Source: Lama glama
Lineage: Eukaryota
NCBI GenBank assembly: GCA_028534125.1
Contig: CM052816.1
Span: forward strand, 13,270,001 to 13,334,000
DNA: 64,000 nucleotides
Direction: 5' to 3'
Both the position numbers and the translations under genes were made by a program. Below the pieces are notes generated by a model. It saw only the letters and a program-made list of their open reading frames with translations. It searched no databases and was not told the DNA's origin. Within the stretch, counting starts at the first letter, position 1. Every line of letters starts with the position of its first letter. This document shows positions 39,129 to 51,770 of the stretch, piece by piece.

Positions 39129-40245
39129 TGAGGAATCTCCATACTGTTTTCCATCATGGCCGCACCAACCAGCATTCCCACCAGCACCGTAGGACGGTTC
39201 CCTCTTCTCCGCACCCTCTCCGGCATTGACCATTTATGGACTTCTGAATGATGGCCATGCTGGCTGACCTGACGTCAGATCTCATCGAAGTTTTCATTTC
39301 TATTTCGCTCATCATTACCAAAACTGAGCATTTCTCTGTGTGCCTATTGCCCATTTCTGTGTCTTCATGGGAGAATGGCTTCTGCCCATTTTTGCTTTTT
39401 GGGTTCGTTTCTTTCTTTCTTTCTTTCTTATTAAGTTGTATGAGCTGCTTCTATATTCTGTAAACTAAGCCCTTGGCAGTCACATCTTTTGCAAGTATTT
39501 TCTACCAGTCCGTAGGCTGTCTTTGTTACACTGATGTTTTTTTGGTTTCGTGCAGCCATTATGGTCAAACAAGATGGACATTCCTCCAAAGACTGAAAAA
39601 TAGACTTACCGTATGGTCCGGCAGTCCCACTCCTGGGCATATATCCAGAGGTTACTCTACTTTGAAAAGACACGTGCACCCCAGTGTCCATAGCAGTACT
39701 ATTTCCAGTAGTTGACATGTGGAACCCACCCCAATGTCCATCCACAGATTACTGGATAAAAAAGCTGCAGTATATTTATACAACGGAATACGACTGAGCC
39801 ACAAAGAATAATAAAATAATGCCATTTGCGGCAACATGGATGGACCTACAGATCATCCTACTAACTGAAGTCAGCCCGAAAAAGAATAATACCGTGTGAT
39901 ATCACTTCTATGTGCCCTCTAAAAAGCAGACACATGAACTTACTGACCAAACAGAAGCAGACTCACTCACAGACATAGGAAACAATCTAATGCTCGCTAG
40001 GGGGTAAAAAGGGCAGGAAGGGATCAATGGGAAGTTTGAGCTCTGCAGCTACTAATATATATACAACACATCAACAAGTTGATACTGTACAGCACCGGGG
40101 ACTCCCTAATACTTTATAGTAACCTCTAATGAGAAAGAATACAAACACAAATGTATGTATGTATGTATATGTATGACTGAAACGTTGGGCTGTACACCAG
40201 AAACTGGCAACATTGTCAACTGACTCTACTTCAATAAAAAATAAA
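39129..40245 (+). mobile_element. 5'-inverted (twin-primed) L1 insertion
   Basis: 39129-39549 is L1 ORF2 in antisense. 39550-40245 is L1 ORF2 end + 3' UTR in sense, ending cttcaataaaaaataaa. It has the same 3' UTR type as the L1 at 755-1850. Confidence 0.9.
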
Positions 40246-40782
40246 TTCAAGACAATTTAAGGCGGAGAGATACCTGTACAATATCTTAAATTTAGAAGAA
40301 ATAAAGATGTCCTAAGCATTAAAAAGTGGAGGAAGCCTCTTTTGGGGGTGATGGATAGATGCTACACTTTCTTGAACGTGGTGGAACATCATGGTGGTAT
40401 TGACACAACTGTCCACTTGACAGAACTCATCAACTGTACACTTACAGCGTGAACGTTACTGTATGTAATACTTGCATAAAGGTGATTATAGATACTGACA
40501 AATCCTAGGCAACTAAAAATGATCATCTAAGGGAAGCACAATCTCACCATCCTTTTTAAGAATACTTACCAAGAAATTATCTTACTCTTAATTTAGTGTA
40601 GAAGAAGACTACAACATCATTGGAACCTATTTTACAGAGCCTGTTTTAATGCTGGCTAGTATCTGCAGCCAGAGTACGGTGTGAACGTGCTCTCGGTGAC
40701 GTGAGACTCTAAGATAACTGCTTTCATGCTGCTTTGGCAGTCGTGATGGTTACCTTCTAACATGCCTCTCTTCCTTCTTTAG

Positions 40783-40946
40783 CCCTGGAATGAGACCAGA
40801 CGTCAACTCTCCTCCATCCAGCTCTTCAGCGGCCACGGGACCACCTCCCAAACTCTGCCTGGTGTGCTCGGATGAGGCTTCGGGATGTCATTATGGGGTT
40901 CTGACTTGTGGAAGCTGTAAAGTATTCTTCAAAAGAGCAGTGGAAG
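40783..40946 (+). CDS. NR3C1: Glucocorticoid receptor exon 3 (end of N-terminal domain + first zinc finger, P-box)
   Basis: Acceptor ttccttctttag ends at 40782; translates ..[54 protein letters not shown]; donor GAAG|gtagtg at 40947. 164 nt. Confidence 0.99.
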
Positions 40947-41127
40947 GTAGTGTGTGTTTTGAAGAGTTTTGTTCTTCCTCTATTGGGTTCCTGTTTCTCT
41001 GAGTGGATTTGGAAATACATACTATATGCAAAACCCATTAAGGCTAGAAGTCAGTAAAACCAGGAAGAGGGCGCTGGCTCCTCAGTCCTCTCGTGGGAAA
41101 GAGAGACTTCAAACAGCAACGCAAAGC

Positions 41128-41281
41128 AGGAGGGAAGAGCTCAGTGGTGGAGCACATGCCTGACAAGCACGCCGTCTTGGCTTCCATTTCCACTACCTCC
41201 ATTAGAAATCAAAAAAAAAGTTAAAAATAAATAAACCTAATTACATTCCCCACCCCCTAAAAAAAAAAAAAAGGAAAAAAA
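41128..41281 (+). mobile_element. Vic-1-type SINE (diverged) in intron 3
   Basis: agctcagtggtggagcacatgc..ctacctccatt head, then aaataaataaacctaattacattcccc and poly-A, the typical Vic-1 3' part. Confidence 0.85.
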
Positions 41282-43749
41282 CCTTAGTTCAAAAGCAACA
41301 TAGGCCAACTAGAATAAAATAGAAGAGTCTGAACTCAAGGGAGGGAGCACAGTCAGAGAACAAAAGAGAACCGTAAGACGGCGCCATCACGTACGGTGAC
41401 CGCGCTAGGCTTCGGCAGTAACGGCGCTCGTCGTATTACTGTCGCGGACTTCCATCCATCCCTGTAGACTGGCTGCTTCTAAAGCCGCCAGCTGTCCCAC
41501 TCTGGCAAAAATGAGTGACAGTGAAAACCGTGAGGGGGGGAAAGGATTTGTTTCCGTTTCTCCCTAGTGAGCCATGGCAGTGCGCTAAGGAACGCCTAAA
41601 TGCGGTGGTGGTTATACGATATTAGACCTGCTCCCGGCCCCCGGGACGTCAAGTCAACTTGGAGGGAAAAGATGAGTTAACAATCACAAGCTACCGAGAT
41701 GATAGCACAGGGGGCAAGTGATCAACTGCCTGAGGAGGTCAGGGAAGACGGTATTTTAGAGAAAGGGGTTTCACCCGACGATTGTTCTCTTCATAGCAGC
41801 GTGACCCTTGTGACAGTTTCAGTCTGCTTACAAAGGCAACTGCCCAAAGAAGGAAACGTTCATTTCCTAACTTATTGGAAACCCACTAACATTTTCCAAT
41901 ACCAGCAATTTCTCTGGGAAACAAACTTGCACCATTTAGTTGTTTGCAAAGCTTCAGAGGCAGTGTGGCGGGAATGAATTACCTACAGCTCTGATTATAT
42001 GACTTTTAAAGACATACCATTATCTATTCATTCACAGGATGAGAAGGACTACTACCACCAGTATTACTATTAGCCTTTACTTGTGTGTGCATGTCCCTAA
42101 CAGTTCCATGAGTCATTTCCCTTTGCTTGGATGGCTTCTAATACATTGACACACCATAAAATTGCCCACGTTACCCACATACAGCACAGGGATGCAGGCT
42201 TCGACCGCTTTGCTACATCCTCCAGCTACTGAGTAGACTAGACGGTCCTTCAGTAGAGCGCACCGCGAGCTCATGCGGTGCCACTAACACAGGAGTGGTA
42301 TTTACCACAGACCCCAGGGAGAAGGAAGGTTCCTGTCCTTCCTTTACTCAGCACTTCTGAACTAGTTACTTACTTCCAGGATATCAATTCAGTGGTAGCA
42401 GCATTGCACTCTTCCCGTATATAGTAAAGAATACTGACAGACTGAATCCTGAGAGAGACATTCAGAATCAGACAATGGAGCCTTAAAACACTTACAGGTA
42501 TTTGAAAAATGTTTTCCATTGCTCTTCATCTTCACTAAAACTGTTCTTTAACAACGGGCTACAGATTCCACTTCCACGGCCTACAGGAACCCCGTGTGTG
42601 TCACTGGCCAAATACAATACAACTGGAGGAAGGAGGCCAATCATTGCTACGGGAGTGCAGCCATGCCCTGCCTAGAAGCATCCACATGTCATTTACCAAG
42701 AAAAAAAGGCTAAACATCCCTCCCAAGTGAGACATCGCTGCGGGCCGTAGGCCCTCTGGGCTAAATCCCCGTTTGACAATCAAATTCTTAAGACTTGTTT
42801 TGAGGTAAAAATGTCATCGACTATTAAATGATACACATTTTGAAACAGTACAGCTAAATGTCTCAGTCAAGTACGCTGGCTACGTGACATGATTACTAAG
42901 AAAAGGCTAAAATGGGGACTGAGTTAATTAAATCCTTAATTTGGATTTAAATTGTCTTCACGCTCCTTCCAGCTCTAAAGTTTGGTCATCCTTCGCTAGC
43001 CTAACTCATAGTGCTTTTTCCACTTTTCCTTCCGAGTCACGATGCATATATGTTTTAAGCCCAGATACCTATTTTGCAGCACTCTCCAATCGTGACAAAG
43101 GTGCTCGTTGTGTGATTTTTACAATACTATGTGCATTCCATTTTTAACACCTGCTAGAATTTACAGGTTATCCACCACATCAGTACAGCATCTATTAAAT
43201 ACCCAAACATTTAAATATTTTTAGGAAATCTGCACAAGTTTTACCAGTTATCCATACAACACAGATCAAGGATATGTTGAATTTTAATTCTTTATTCTGA
43301 GAGTTGCTTTCCTTTCACAGGAAAGAACTGTGGGTAGCTCCACTTCTTTTGATCTAAACTAGTTCAGTCATCTTTCCCCCCCACCCGAGTCCCTTTCTCC
43401 TTTGTCCCCTTTGCCCGTAAGGGCGCGCCATCGTCGTCGGTGGGTCGCGACGGAGATGGGCGTCGGCTGCCCTCTAGTTCCCCTGTACCGAGTACCATGT
43501 ATGTGTATCGTATCACGTCATGAACAGCTCTGTGAGCTCTTAGATGGTGTTATGATCCACATTTGCGTGTCCGGGAAACGGAACCTCACACAGCTTCAGT
43601 GGCAGACCTAGAACTCAAACATAGCTGTCTCCAAACACGCTCTTCACCACAGTGCTGCACTGCCTCCCAGGTGTGGCAGAAGTCTTGCCTCCTGGCAGTT
43701 TACAGTCTAGTTATATACTGAGATCAAAGCCCTAACGAGGGAATTACTT

Positions 43750-43950
43750 AATAGCTAGCACTCATCGAGAGCTTACGACGTGCTCGGCGCTATTTTTTAA
43801 GAACCTTCGACGCGACGGCCTTTAACCCTGGCAAAAGCTCAGCAACATCCGTGCTCAGGCTCCAGCTTTACAGAGGTGGGGGGGACGGGCTCAGCAAAGT
43901 TAGTCAGCACTGCTGAAACCACACGGCTAGGAAACAGAGCTGCCACTGAG
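43750..43950 (-). mobile_element. MIR SINE, unusually CpG-rich
   Basis: atagctagcactcatcgagagcttacgacgtgctcggcgct..tttacagaggtggggggacgggctcagcaaagttagtca follows the MIR antisense layout. Confidence 0.7.
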
Positions 43951-44254
43951 ATCAGGGGCTCCCTGGCAGCTCACCGTGTACACGTTCCCCTCGTCGACAC
44001 TGTTTTTGAGAGCAGTCGAGGAAGAAGCCCAAGCTGACAGTCCCAGTTCCCATTTAAAACTTGCACACTTCACACAGGGTCTGCAAACGGCACAGAGCCC
44101 TCGAACACGTCCTTTGCCACATTGCCCGTTTCCTGTAGCGCTTCCCTTATCTCAGTCATGTCTGTGCATCAGTGTCCCATTACTTAACAGTCGCCTTGGA
44201 CCACTCTTTCAGTAACGTCAGTTTACTTACAACAGCAACAACTTGACTGTCCCT

Positions 44255-44756
44255 ACTGGATTAGTTATTTATTCATAGGGAACAAATTATCCCCCAATTA
44301 GTAGCTTTCAACAGTAGACTTACTGTATCATACAGCTTAGGACAGTCAAGACTTTAGGAGCAGCTCATTAGCCGGGTACTCCTGAGGACTCCCATAAAAT
44401 GACATCAGGCTGTGGGTGGGGGCTGCCGACATCTGAAGGCTGGACGGGAGCTGGAGGACCCACTTCCCAAATCGTTCACGATGGTTTCGGCAGGAAGCTT
44501 CAGCTCCTCGCTCTGTGGGCCGCCTCTCTCAGCGTAGCAGCCAGCATCCCTCTAAACACGGGATACGCAAGACAGGGTGACAGATATGGAAGCAGATCGT
44601 TTTTATAACTTCCTCTCAGATGTCATACACGGCCATTTCTGCCATACATTTTGGTCACACAGACCCATCCTGGTATACTATGGGAAGTGACTGCCTGAGA
44701 GTATGACTGTCAAAAGACACACCGCTGGGGGCCATCTGAGAGACCGGTAACCACAC
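44255..44756. mobile_element. MaLR solo LTR (MLT1-type)
   Basis: ttagttatt..acaaattatcccc..ggctgccgacatctgaaggctggacgggagctggaggacccacttccca..ttctgccatacattttggtcacacagaccc..gggggccatct..taaccaca is the typical MLT1 LTR sequence order. Confidence 0.8.
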
Positions 44757-46719
44757 CCACCGAGAATAAAAATCAGAATCCATAGCCAAAATTAGATTTC
44801 TACCATAAAAAAAAATAATGCACACGAAACAATGTTAAGCAATTCAGCTGACCTGAAGGCTCTTCTCCTGACATCTCGTCTGCCTTCTTTACAAAAGGAA
44901 TTTACCAAGTAGCAGAAGACAGCCATGGCAGTCTCTCGTCATCTCATCAAAAGCATTGACAGGGAGGGACTTTTAGTGGTACTTGTCCGTGCCCTGTAAA
45001 ACAGTAACCACTAGCCAACGCGCCCCCTGTTATAGAGAAGACACCCAGAGACTTACCCAACTTCCCATAACCAGACAGAACTGATTTTAGTTTATGAAGG
45101 TACACGGCCCCCAGTCCTGTAGCTCAGATCCCTAACTGTGCTCAAGACACACCTGGGGGAAAAATCATTAGCATAACATGTACGTTCTCATCTTTTGCTT
45201 ACATATCTATCAAGCATTGCAACTTCTCCTGTGGAGAGTAGTGAGTCATTTCTTCAGTTGTCCTTTCTCGTCGCTGCAGGACAACAATTCAGGGACGTTC
45301 CTCTGGTAGAATTGCTTTGTAACTGCTCCAGCGATGATGGCATCTGTTGTTCCTATTTAAACTTTATAGAGGACAGAATTATGGGGTTAATGCTGCCAAT
45401 CCATATCCAAGTCGAGAGGCTAGGAAACGTACACGTAATACAGAGAGGAATTGAAACAGCTGGTACCGACATTTGGCATTGGAGCACGACTCTGGAACAC
45501 AGCGGAATTGTAGGCCAGCAGTCAACTCTGCGGCCTGCCCTCACAAAGAACTGAACCTGATACTGTTAACCAGCTCCCCAAAACGAGCGCTTACGAGCAG
45601 CACTGTGACTTACCATACTAGGAACAAGAAAAATACAGTATGTTTTCATCCAAGTCAAGGGTAGGGTTGTCCTATGCCTCAAGGGTCTTTTCCCAAAAGT
45701 CTGATCTACGTATATTCCGTTGAACAAATTCATAGCTATGAACTTGTTCTCTCTTCCTGGAGTATGATCTGTTTGAGAAGAGAGACGCCCCGAAGTCTTC
45801 TGAAGACCGTCCCCTCTGGTACCGTGGGCGTGAACTCCTCATTATCTACTCTAGCTGCGGGACGTGCCAGCCTCGTGGAGGCGGCGCCTTCCGTGTCTGC
45901 CAGGCTAGCGGATCCTCCGATCGTTCTCTTCAACAAAAGAAAACTACAAAGATGGATTTGGGAGGTGGGGTCCAGGAGTGGGAGGGAGGGGATTGGAACA
46001 CTTTCCTTCTTTTCCTTTTAAACTTTCCTTCACATTTTTTGCCAGGTGACAACTGCACCTTAACCTCTTAACACATCACTGAATACTGTGTGCCAAAAGA
46101 TTTTAAGCAGTAGCGACCCTTCATATTTACATTTTACTGTCTGTGAAATAATGATCCAATATCCCTAAGATACAGTTGTTCAGTTTGCCAAGTCTGATGC
46201 ACCCGGCAGCCTTAACATTCAAGATTCAGTGCTCACCTATCATTTCATTCAGTATTTGGAGGGCGGAACACACTTTGTGGGCATATGGTGACATCATGTT
46301 GAACTAAAGTCATTTTCCCTTTAGGAGTCTCCTAATATTTTTAAACCAGTTTCCTCTGTCAGTCCGCCTTCACATTAGGTCTGAAGTCATAATAAAATAG
46401 TCATTACACAGATACTCTAACTTTCGTTAAAAAGAAGAAACTGTTGAAAGCACCATTGAAAGAACCATTTACCCACAAAGAGGATCCGTGCGGTGGGTAG
46501 TGACTGGACAGGGGCAGGAAGAGGGTTTGTGGGGTACTGTTGTTGATCCGAGAGCTGATAAATGTGCAAGCGTCCCGTCTGTCACAATTTGGCAGGCGGT
46601 ACGCTAACGATTTCTGCCCATTTCTATATGTATACTGCAGACGAGTTTTTTAGTGAACTCTGTCGAACAGAATAAGAAAGACTTCTTAGGTTGACCCCTC
46701 CACTTTGCAACGGATGTAA

Positions 46720-47049
<330 letters not shown>

Positions 47050-50000
47050 TGAAGTATTGACGAGTAGAAATTTTTAAATCAGTCTTTCATGATCTGCTCA
47101 AGTGTACTCACCCCCTCTTACTACACACAGTGAATTCAGTATAGCCACACCATAGACTAAGAAAGAAAATTACGTCACCATGAACTTTAGAGTATTTTAA
47201 GCAGCATTACTTTTATCTTACTCCTTTTCTCAACGTCAGAACTATTTCCTAGGGTTACAAATACTGCTCAGATGTTTTTCCATGTCCACTTTTCTGTTAT
47301 TACCTTTTACTTGACATAGGTGTATGTATGTGCTGTGTGTATGTGATTTCTTACAGATCGGTAGCGGGGAGGGACTCCTCAAGGACACATTGGATACTTT
47401 TGTTTTTTGAGTAAAGAAGGAATCTGAAACGACTTCTAAGTTTATTTCACATTCTTATTCATATAGCACATCATATAGTTAACATTCACCTCGTCATTTC
47501 AAATCTTTTCTCTGGAATGAAAAAAGTGTGGAATTTTGCTTTAGTTGAAATTCTGTCAAATGGGGGTGCCTTATAACCCGTGTGCATTTTGATTCAGCAG
47601 ATACTCACCAACAAGGTGGACACTAGACATGAAATGACAAACAGTGTCTGTATTTAAAATCAATAAGATAGCACCTGTATCCAAGGAGCTGACCATCTAG
47701 TTGGGCTGCAGTCAATCACAAAACAGCACGTACAGCACACTACAGAAGGAATAGAGCAACAACGGGAACGAGGCGAGGGTCACCACATTCTGTCCCGAAG
47801 GGCGGGGAAGATTCCTGCAAGAAGCAACATTGCATTTTAAATTTAGAAAAGCCGAGTGGGAGTTAGGTGGAAAATCAAGGCAGAGACATGATCAGATTGC
47901 TGCTTTCGAAAGACTCATCTTGCATATGCCGATATTACAGGGAGAATAGAAACCGTGTTGTTCTTTCGATAGGAGAGACTAACTGTTGGTGCTATTTAGC
48001 ACGCGTGTATGTTTTTAACTATTAAGTAGATTCACGGGTGTGAATACAGTCTTAACTCCCCAAGCCACACACACAACATGATCTTCTCACTTCATCCTAT
48101 TACTTGGATAGCAAAAGAGACAAATGAAATTAGTCTTTTCTTTACCATGTTTACAGACAGTCAGGGCACCATCACCTAACCCAGTTTCTTCTAAGAATGC
48201 CTAGGTTGCTTGAACTTGACCGCAACAGCGCCAGCCTGTATCCCTACTACAGTGCGGCTGCTTACCCAGTGACATTTTTAGACGCTACCGGTCAACTACC
48301 CGTCAAGCTTCACGTTCATCTTTGGAGCTTTAAAAATGTACTGCTCTTTTGCGCTGTTCCTCGTCTATCCAAAGTATGAGGGAATTTTTTTATTCAACAG
48401 AAATAAGATGCATCAACGATGAAGCACTGATTCTGATGGCCTAACTTTCTCCCATTTCTCTTCCCTCTTACAATTCAGTAACAGTTGTAGTGCCCTTGGC
48501 CTTCACCTCACTCGAAGACCAAGGCAGTGAATGGCATCTCTGTTTTCTCTGTATGATCGAGTGTATCATCACTGCCATTTCTAATCAGATCTTCGCTTGA
48601 AAAGTCACCTTTTTTGAATGAATAAAATTTAAACGTACCACTTAAACTGAGATGCAATGTCTCAAAACACTACTAAAAATAACCACACTGCATGCTTTTC
48701 TAAGGTCTCCTGTAAAATATCAGACATTGGGCAAACGAGCCTTTGTCAAGAGCTACAACATGCTAGTCTTTGTTATACCTTCTATTCAAAGAGGTTATTT
48801 GGGACCCTCAAATAAAAAACACTCTCCAGTAGGGCCAAGGTTAACCTTATGTCCACTTACACTACACAGTTTGTCATTATAATCATGTATTAGATATTAG
48901 GTAGCACCTATCATGCCGTTCATAATGTCATTCTACTTGTAGAAAAATTTAAAGAAAGCCGTCTTTTAAAAAAAATCTAAGTTAATAGACTTTTTATATA
49001 TGTGTTTCCAGTGTGGAAGCCTCATTTTTTAAAAAGTTATTCCAGTAATATATAAAACCTTTCTTTGAAGTCTGTGTGTGTCCCAGAAGTACTTGATGGG
49101 CCATAATACTTAAGTATGAAACACATGGCTCATCTATATTCTTCTTCTTATTTTAAAAAAAAACATTTTAAAATGTTCTTATTCGCTCGAGTCTTTGCCT
49201 AAGCGAAGCAGCTTCATGACATCCCCAGAGTAATTTTGCAGAAGCCATCAACTCTCTCAGAGCAGTTCTCTCCACAAATGTAATTTAGCACTGCAAGTGG
49301 TGCATTTTGATACTGTTGCTCCATACCAAGTCATTCTCAAGATTGATTTCAAGGCAGTCTTCTTCACTGCTCAGAATGCCTGGCATTTGCATACACTGAC
49401 TTTCTTCATGGACATCCTAAATGTTTTATTCTTCTTTCATTTTAAGGTATACTGTAATCATTCCCAATTACAACTTTATTTTTGCCATCAAGAGCTAAGT
49501 GGAACTTACAGGCAAGGAGCCTTATGGTATTATTGCATTTCCTAACTGATATTTAAGCTAAGTTTTAAACCAAGATGACTTTACTTCTATTAAAAATAAA
49601 ATGGAGCTATCACAGACTCCTATACAGAACATGTATTGACTGCGCATCCTTATGGTCCAACCAGAACTTCATTTACAGTAAAATCTCATCAACTAAGTTG
49701 CTTTAAAATAGTTATTGTTTAACTAATTCAATTCTTGCTAAGTTATGTGAAAATCTGTTAGTACCTTTTCTTGCTCTACTCTGCTTTACACAATTGGACT
49801 CACCAGTGCTGCTTAGCTTAATTCAAAACAACCAGTTCTTTCTCTAAGGACTATAGATAAACAGTAAGAGACTTTACTGTATAGTAAGGATAAGAAAAGA
49901 CTTCAAAGTATGCCATCTTGTCTGTGTCCTTCTCTTTTCTAATCTGCAGTGTAGGAACGTATGTTCTAAACAAATTGCAAACTTACGGTTCATTGAGATT

Positions 50001-50229
50001 TTTACAATATCGCTGCAGTGCATTCATTTGGGACATGCATGTCCTTGTTAACTTGTCAAAGTTCATATCATGATTTTGACATCTGGGTGTCACTGAGACA
50101 CCTTTGCTTGTTGAGACGATTTCTTTATGTAAAGGAGCTCTTCCTTTTTTAAAGCTTTGTCACTCCTCTACAGACTCGGACTATGCCAATTCGAAATACT
50201 CCACAACCGTACTTCACCACCAGTTGAGG

Positions 50230-50460
50230 CAAGCGTCAGTCTTGTATAGCACTTAACGTGTGCCAGGAACACTTCTGTCCATTGACTTAATTCTGGACAG
50301 ACCCTAAGAAGTAGGTACTAACAGTATGCTCATTGTACAGAAGAAGCAATCAAGGCCCACGCAGTAATTTGCACAGATATCCAACTACTGAAATGGCAGA
50401 CCCAGGATTTAAATTCAGACGTGCTGCTTTCCTACTCAAGCTCTCTTTACTACCGTACCA
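50230..50460 (-). mobile_element. MIR SINE
   Basis: agcacttaacgtgtgccagg..gtaggtact..cattgtacagaagaagcaatcaaggccc..tggcagacccaggatttaaattcag. Confidence 0.7.
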
Positions 50461-51770
50461 TACTTTCTCTTCTACAGAACACAGTAAAATAAATGATCAT
50501 GATCCTTTTTCTCTCCTTTCAAATGGTAACTGAAAGTTCTTCAATGTGGCAGCAGAGAGCGCAGTAAGAAATGGGACCGTTCTACTCAATGTAAACAACA
50601 GACATCCCCCCTCCCCAACACTGGACATTGAGATGTATAGTTCTCACCACTGCATCTGTCCTCCACTAACTGCAGTTGGTCATTTTAGGGACAGAGCATC
50701 TAATAATGATTCTAAAAGGTAATTTGCATTCACTTTCCCCTTAGCAAGAGGGTTTGCCTACCTCACACCAGAAGACAGGTGCATTTCTTCTTAAAGGTCA
50801 GTTAGACTCCTCGCCCTTCCTTGCAGCTCTGAACACTTTCTTTTCAGACGACTGTAATTCTTTGCTGGCTTCAGCACATCAACTAACAAGGAATAATACT
50901 TTTGTCACTGGAACCAATTATAACAAGTATTCCTTAAAAATCTACAGAATCCTTGTTGTCATTTGATTATACTGTTCCAAACTCAGTCAAAAATAAAAGA
51001 TAACTTTAGTGACTTTTTACATACTATGAAAATAGGTAATTTTACGTTTACAGAGTCATCGATAAAAATCTTAGAGGACAGAAAGTACCCACTAGTGATT
51101 TATATAAAGAAATGCAAAGCTTTTCTTTTCCTCTGCACAGAGGTTTTCAAGTCCCATATAATATCCATCATAAAAATGTAAGAAGTGGACTTTTTGCTGT
51201 TAGAACTAATACTATTTTTAGCCTGTGATCTGCTGTGTCATCTCAGCATCTTGATAGAAAGGGGACTTTGTGCAAGGCTGTAGGGAGTATCACTCTCTTC
51301 ATTATACTTATTACCATAATTCAGATTAACCCTAAGCCACATGACCTACTGATGCGGTATTACAAACAAGATTCTTTCGATTAACAGTCAAAGTAATTTG
51401 CCTTGTGTAGGTAATGACCATTTTGACTTTGCAAGGTAACAGAAGATTTATGGAAGAATACATAGAAGTAATTTGTTTAAATTGTTTTAACACACTGTTC
51501 TAAGACAATTCTGCATAACTGTCATGAAGTAACTGGCTTATCGGAAAAGGAAATCAAATGCATGGGTTCCTCTTGATCCTTTGCTTTCAAGGAAAAAATT
51601 TATTTCTCTTTTCTCCCATGTCACTTTATCATCATTGCTATATAAAAGATTTCTCCTCTTTCCATCTCAATAGTTTCAGAAGTTAAAATACTTCTTAAAT
51701 AAACTGTACCACCCAGACCTTCCCATGGCAACTCGTTTCTGTGGTTTTTTTTTTTTTTTAATACACACAG

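Larger units (their letters stand above)
1..40782 (+). other. NR3C1: NR3C1 intron 2 (3' portion; contains an assembly gap)
   Basis: No GR N-terminal (exon 2) sequence upstream of exon 3. Intron 2 is known to be very long in mammals. Repeat-rich, with mostly antisense L1s. Continuity across the gap is assumed, not observed. Confidence 0.8.

Noticed and set aside
45195..46021. + strand ORFs of 119 aa and 115 aa in intron 3
   Set aside because: No similarity to any family I recognise and not part of known GR isoforms.
49955..49968. GRE-like half-site pairs (ggaacgtatgttct; also taaacaatgtgttcc near 62653)
   Set aside because: Wrong spacing or a poor first half-site relative to RGNACAnnnTGTYCY; expected by chance. 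No perfect GRE was noticed by eye.
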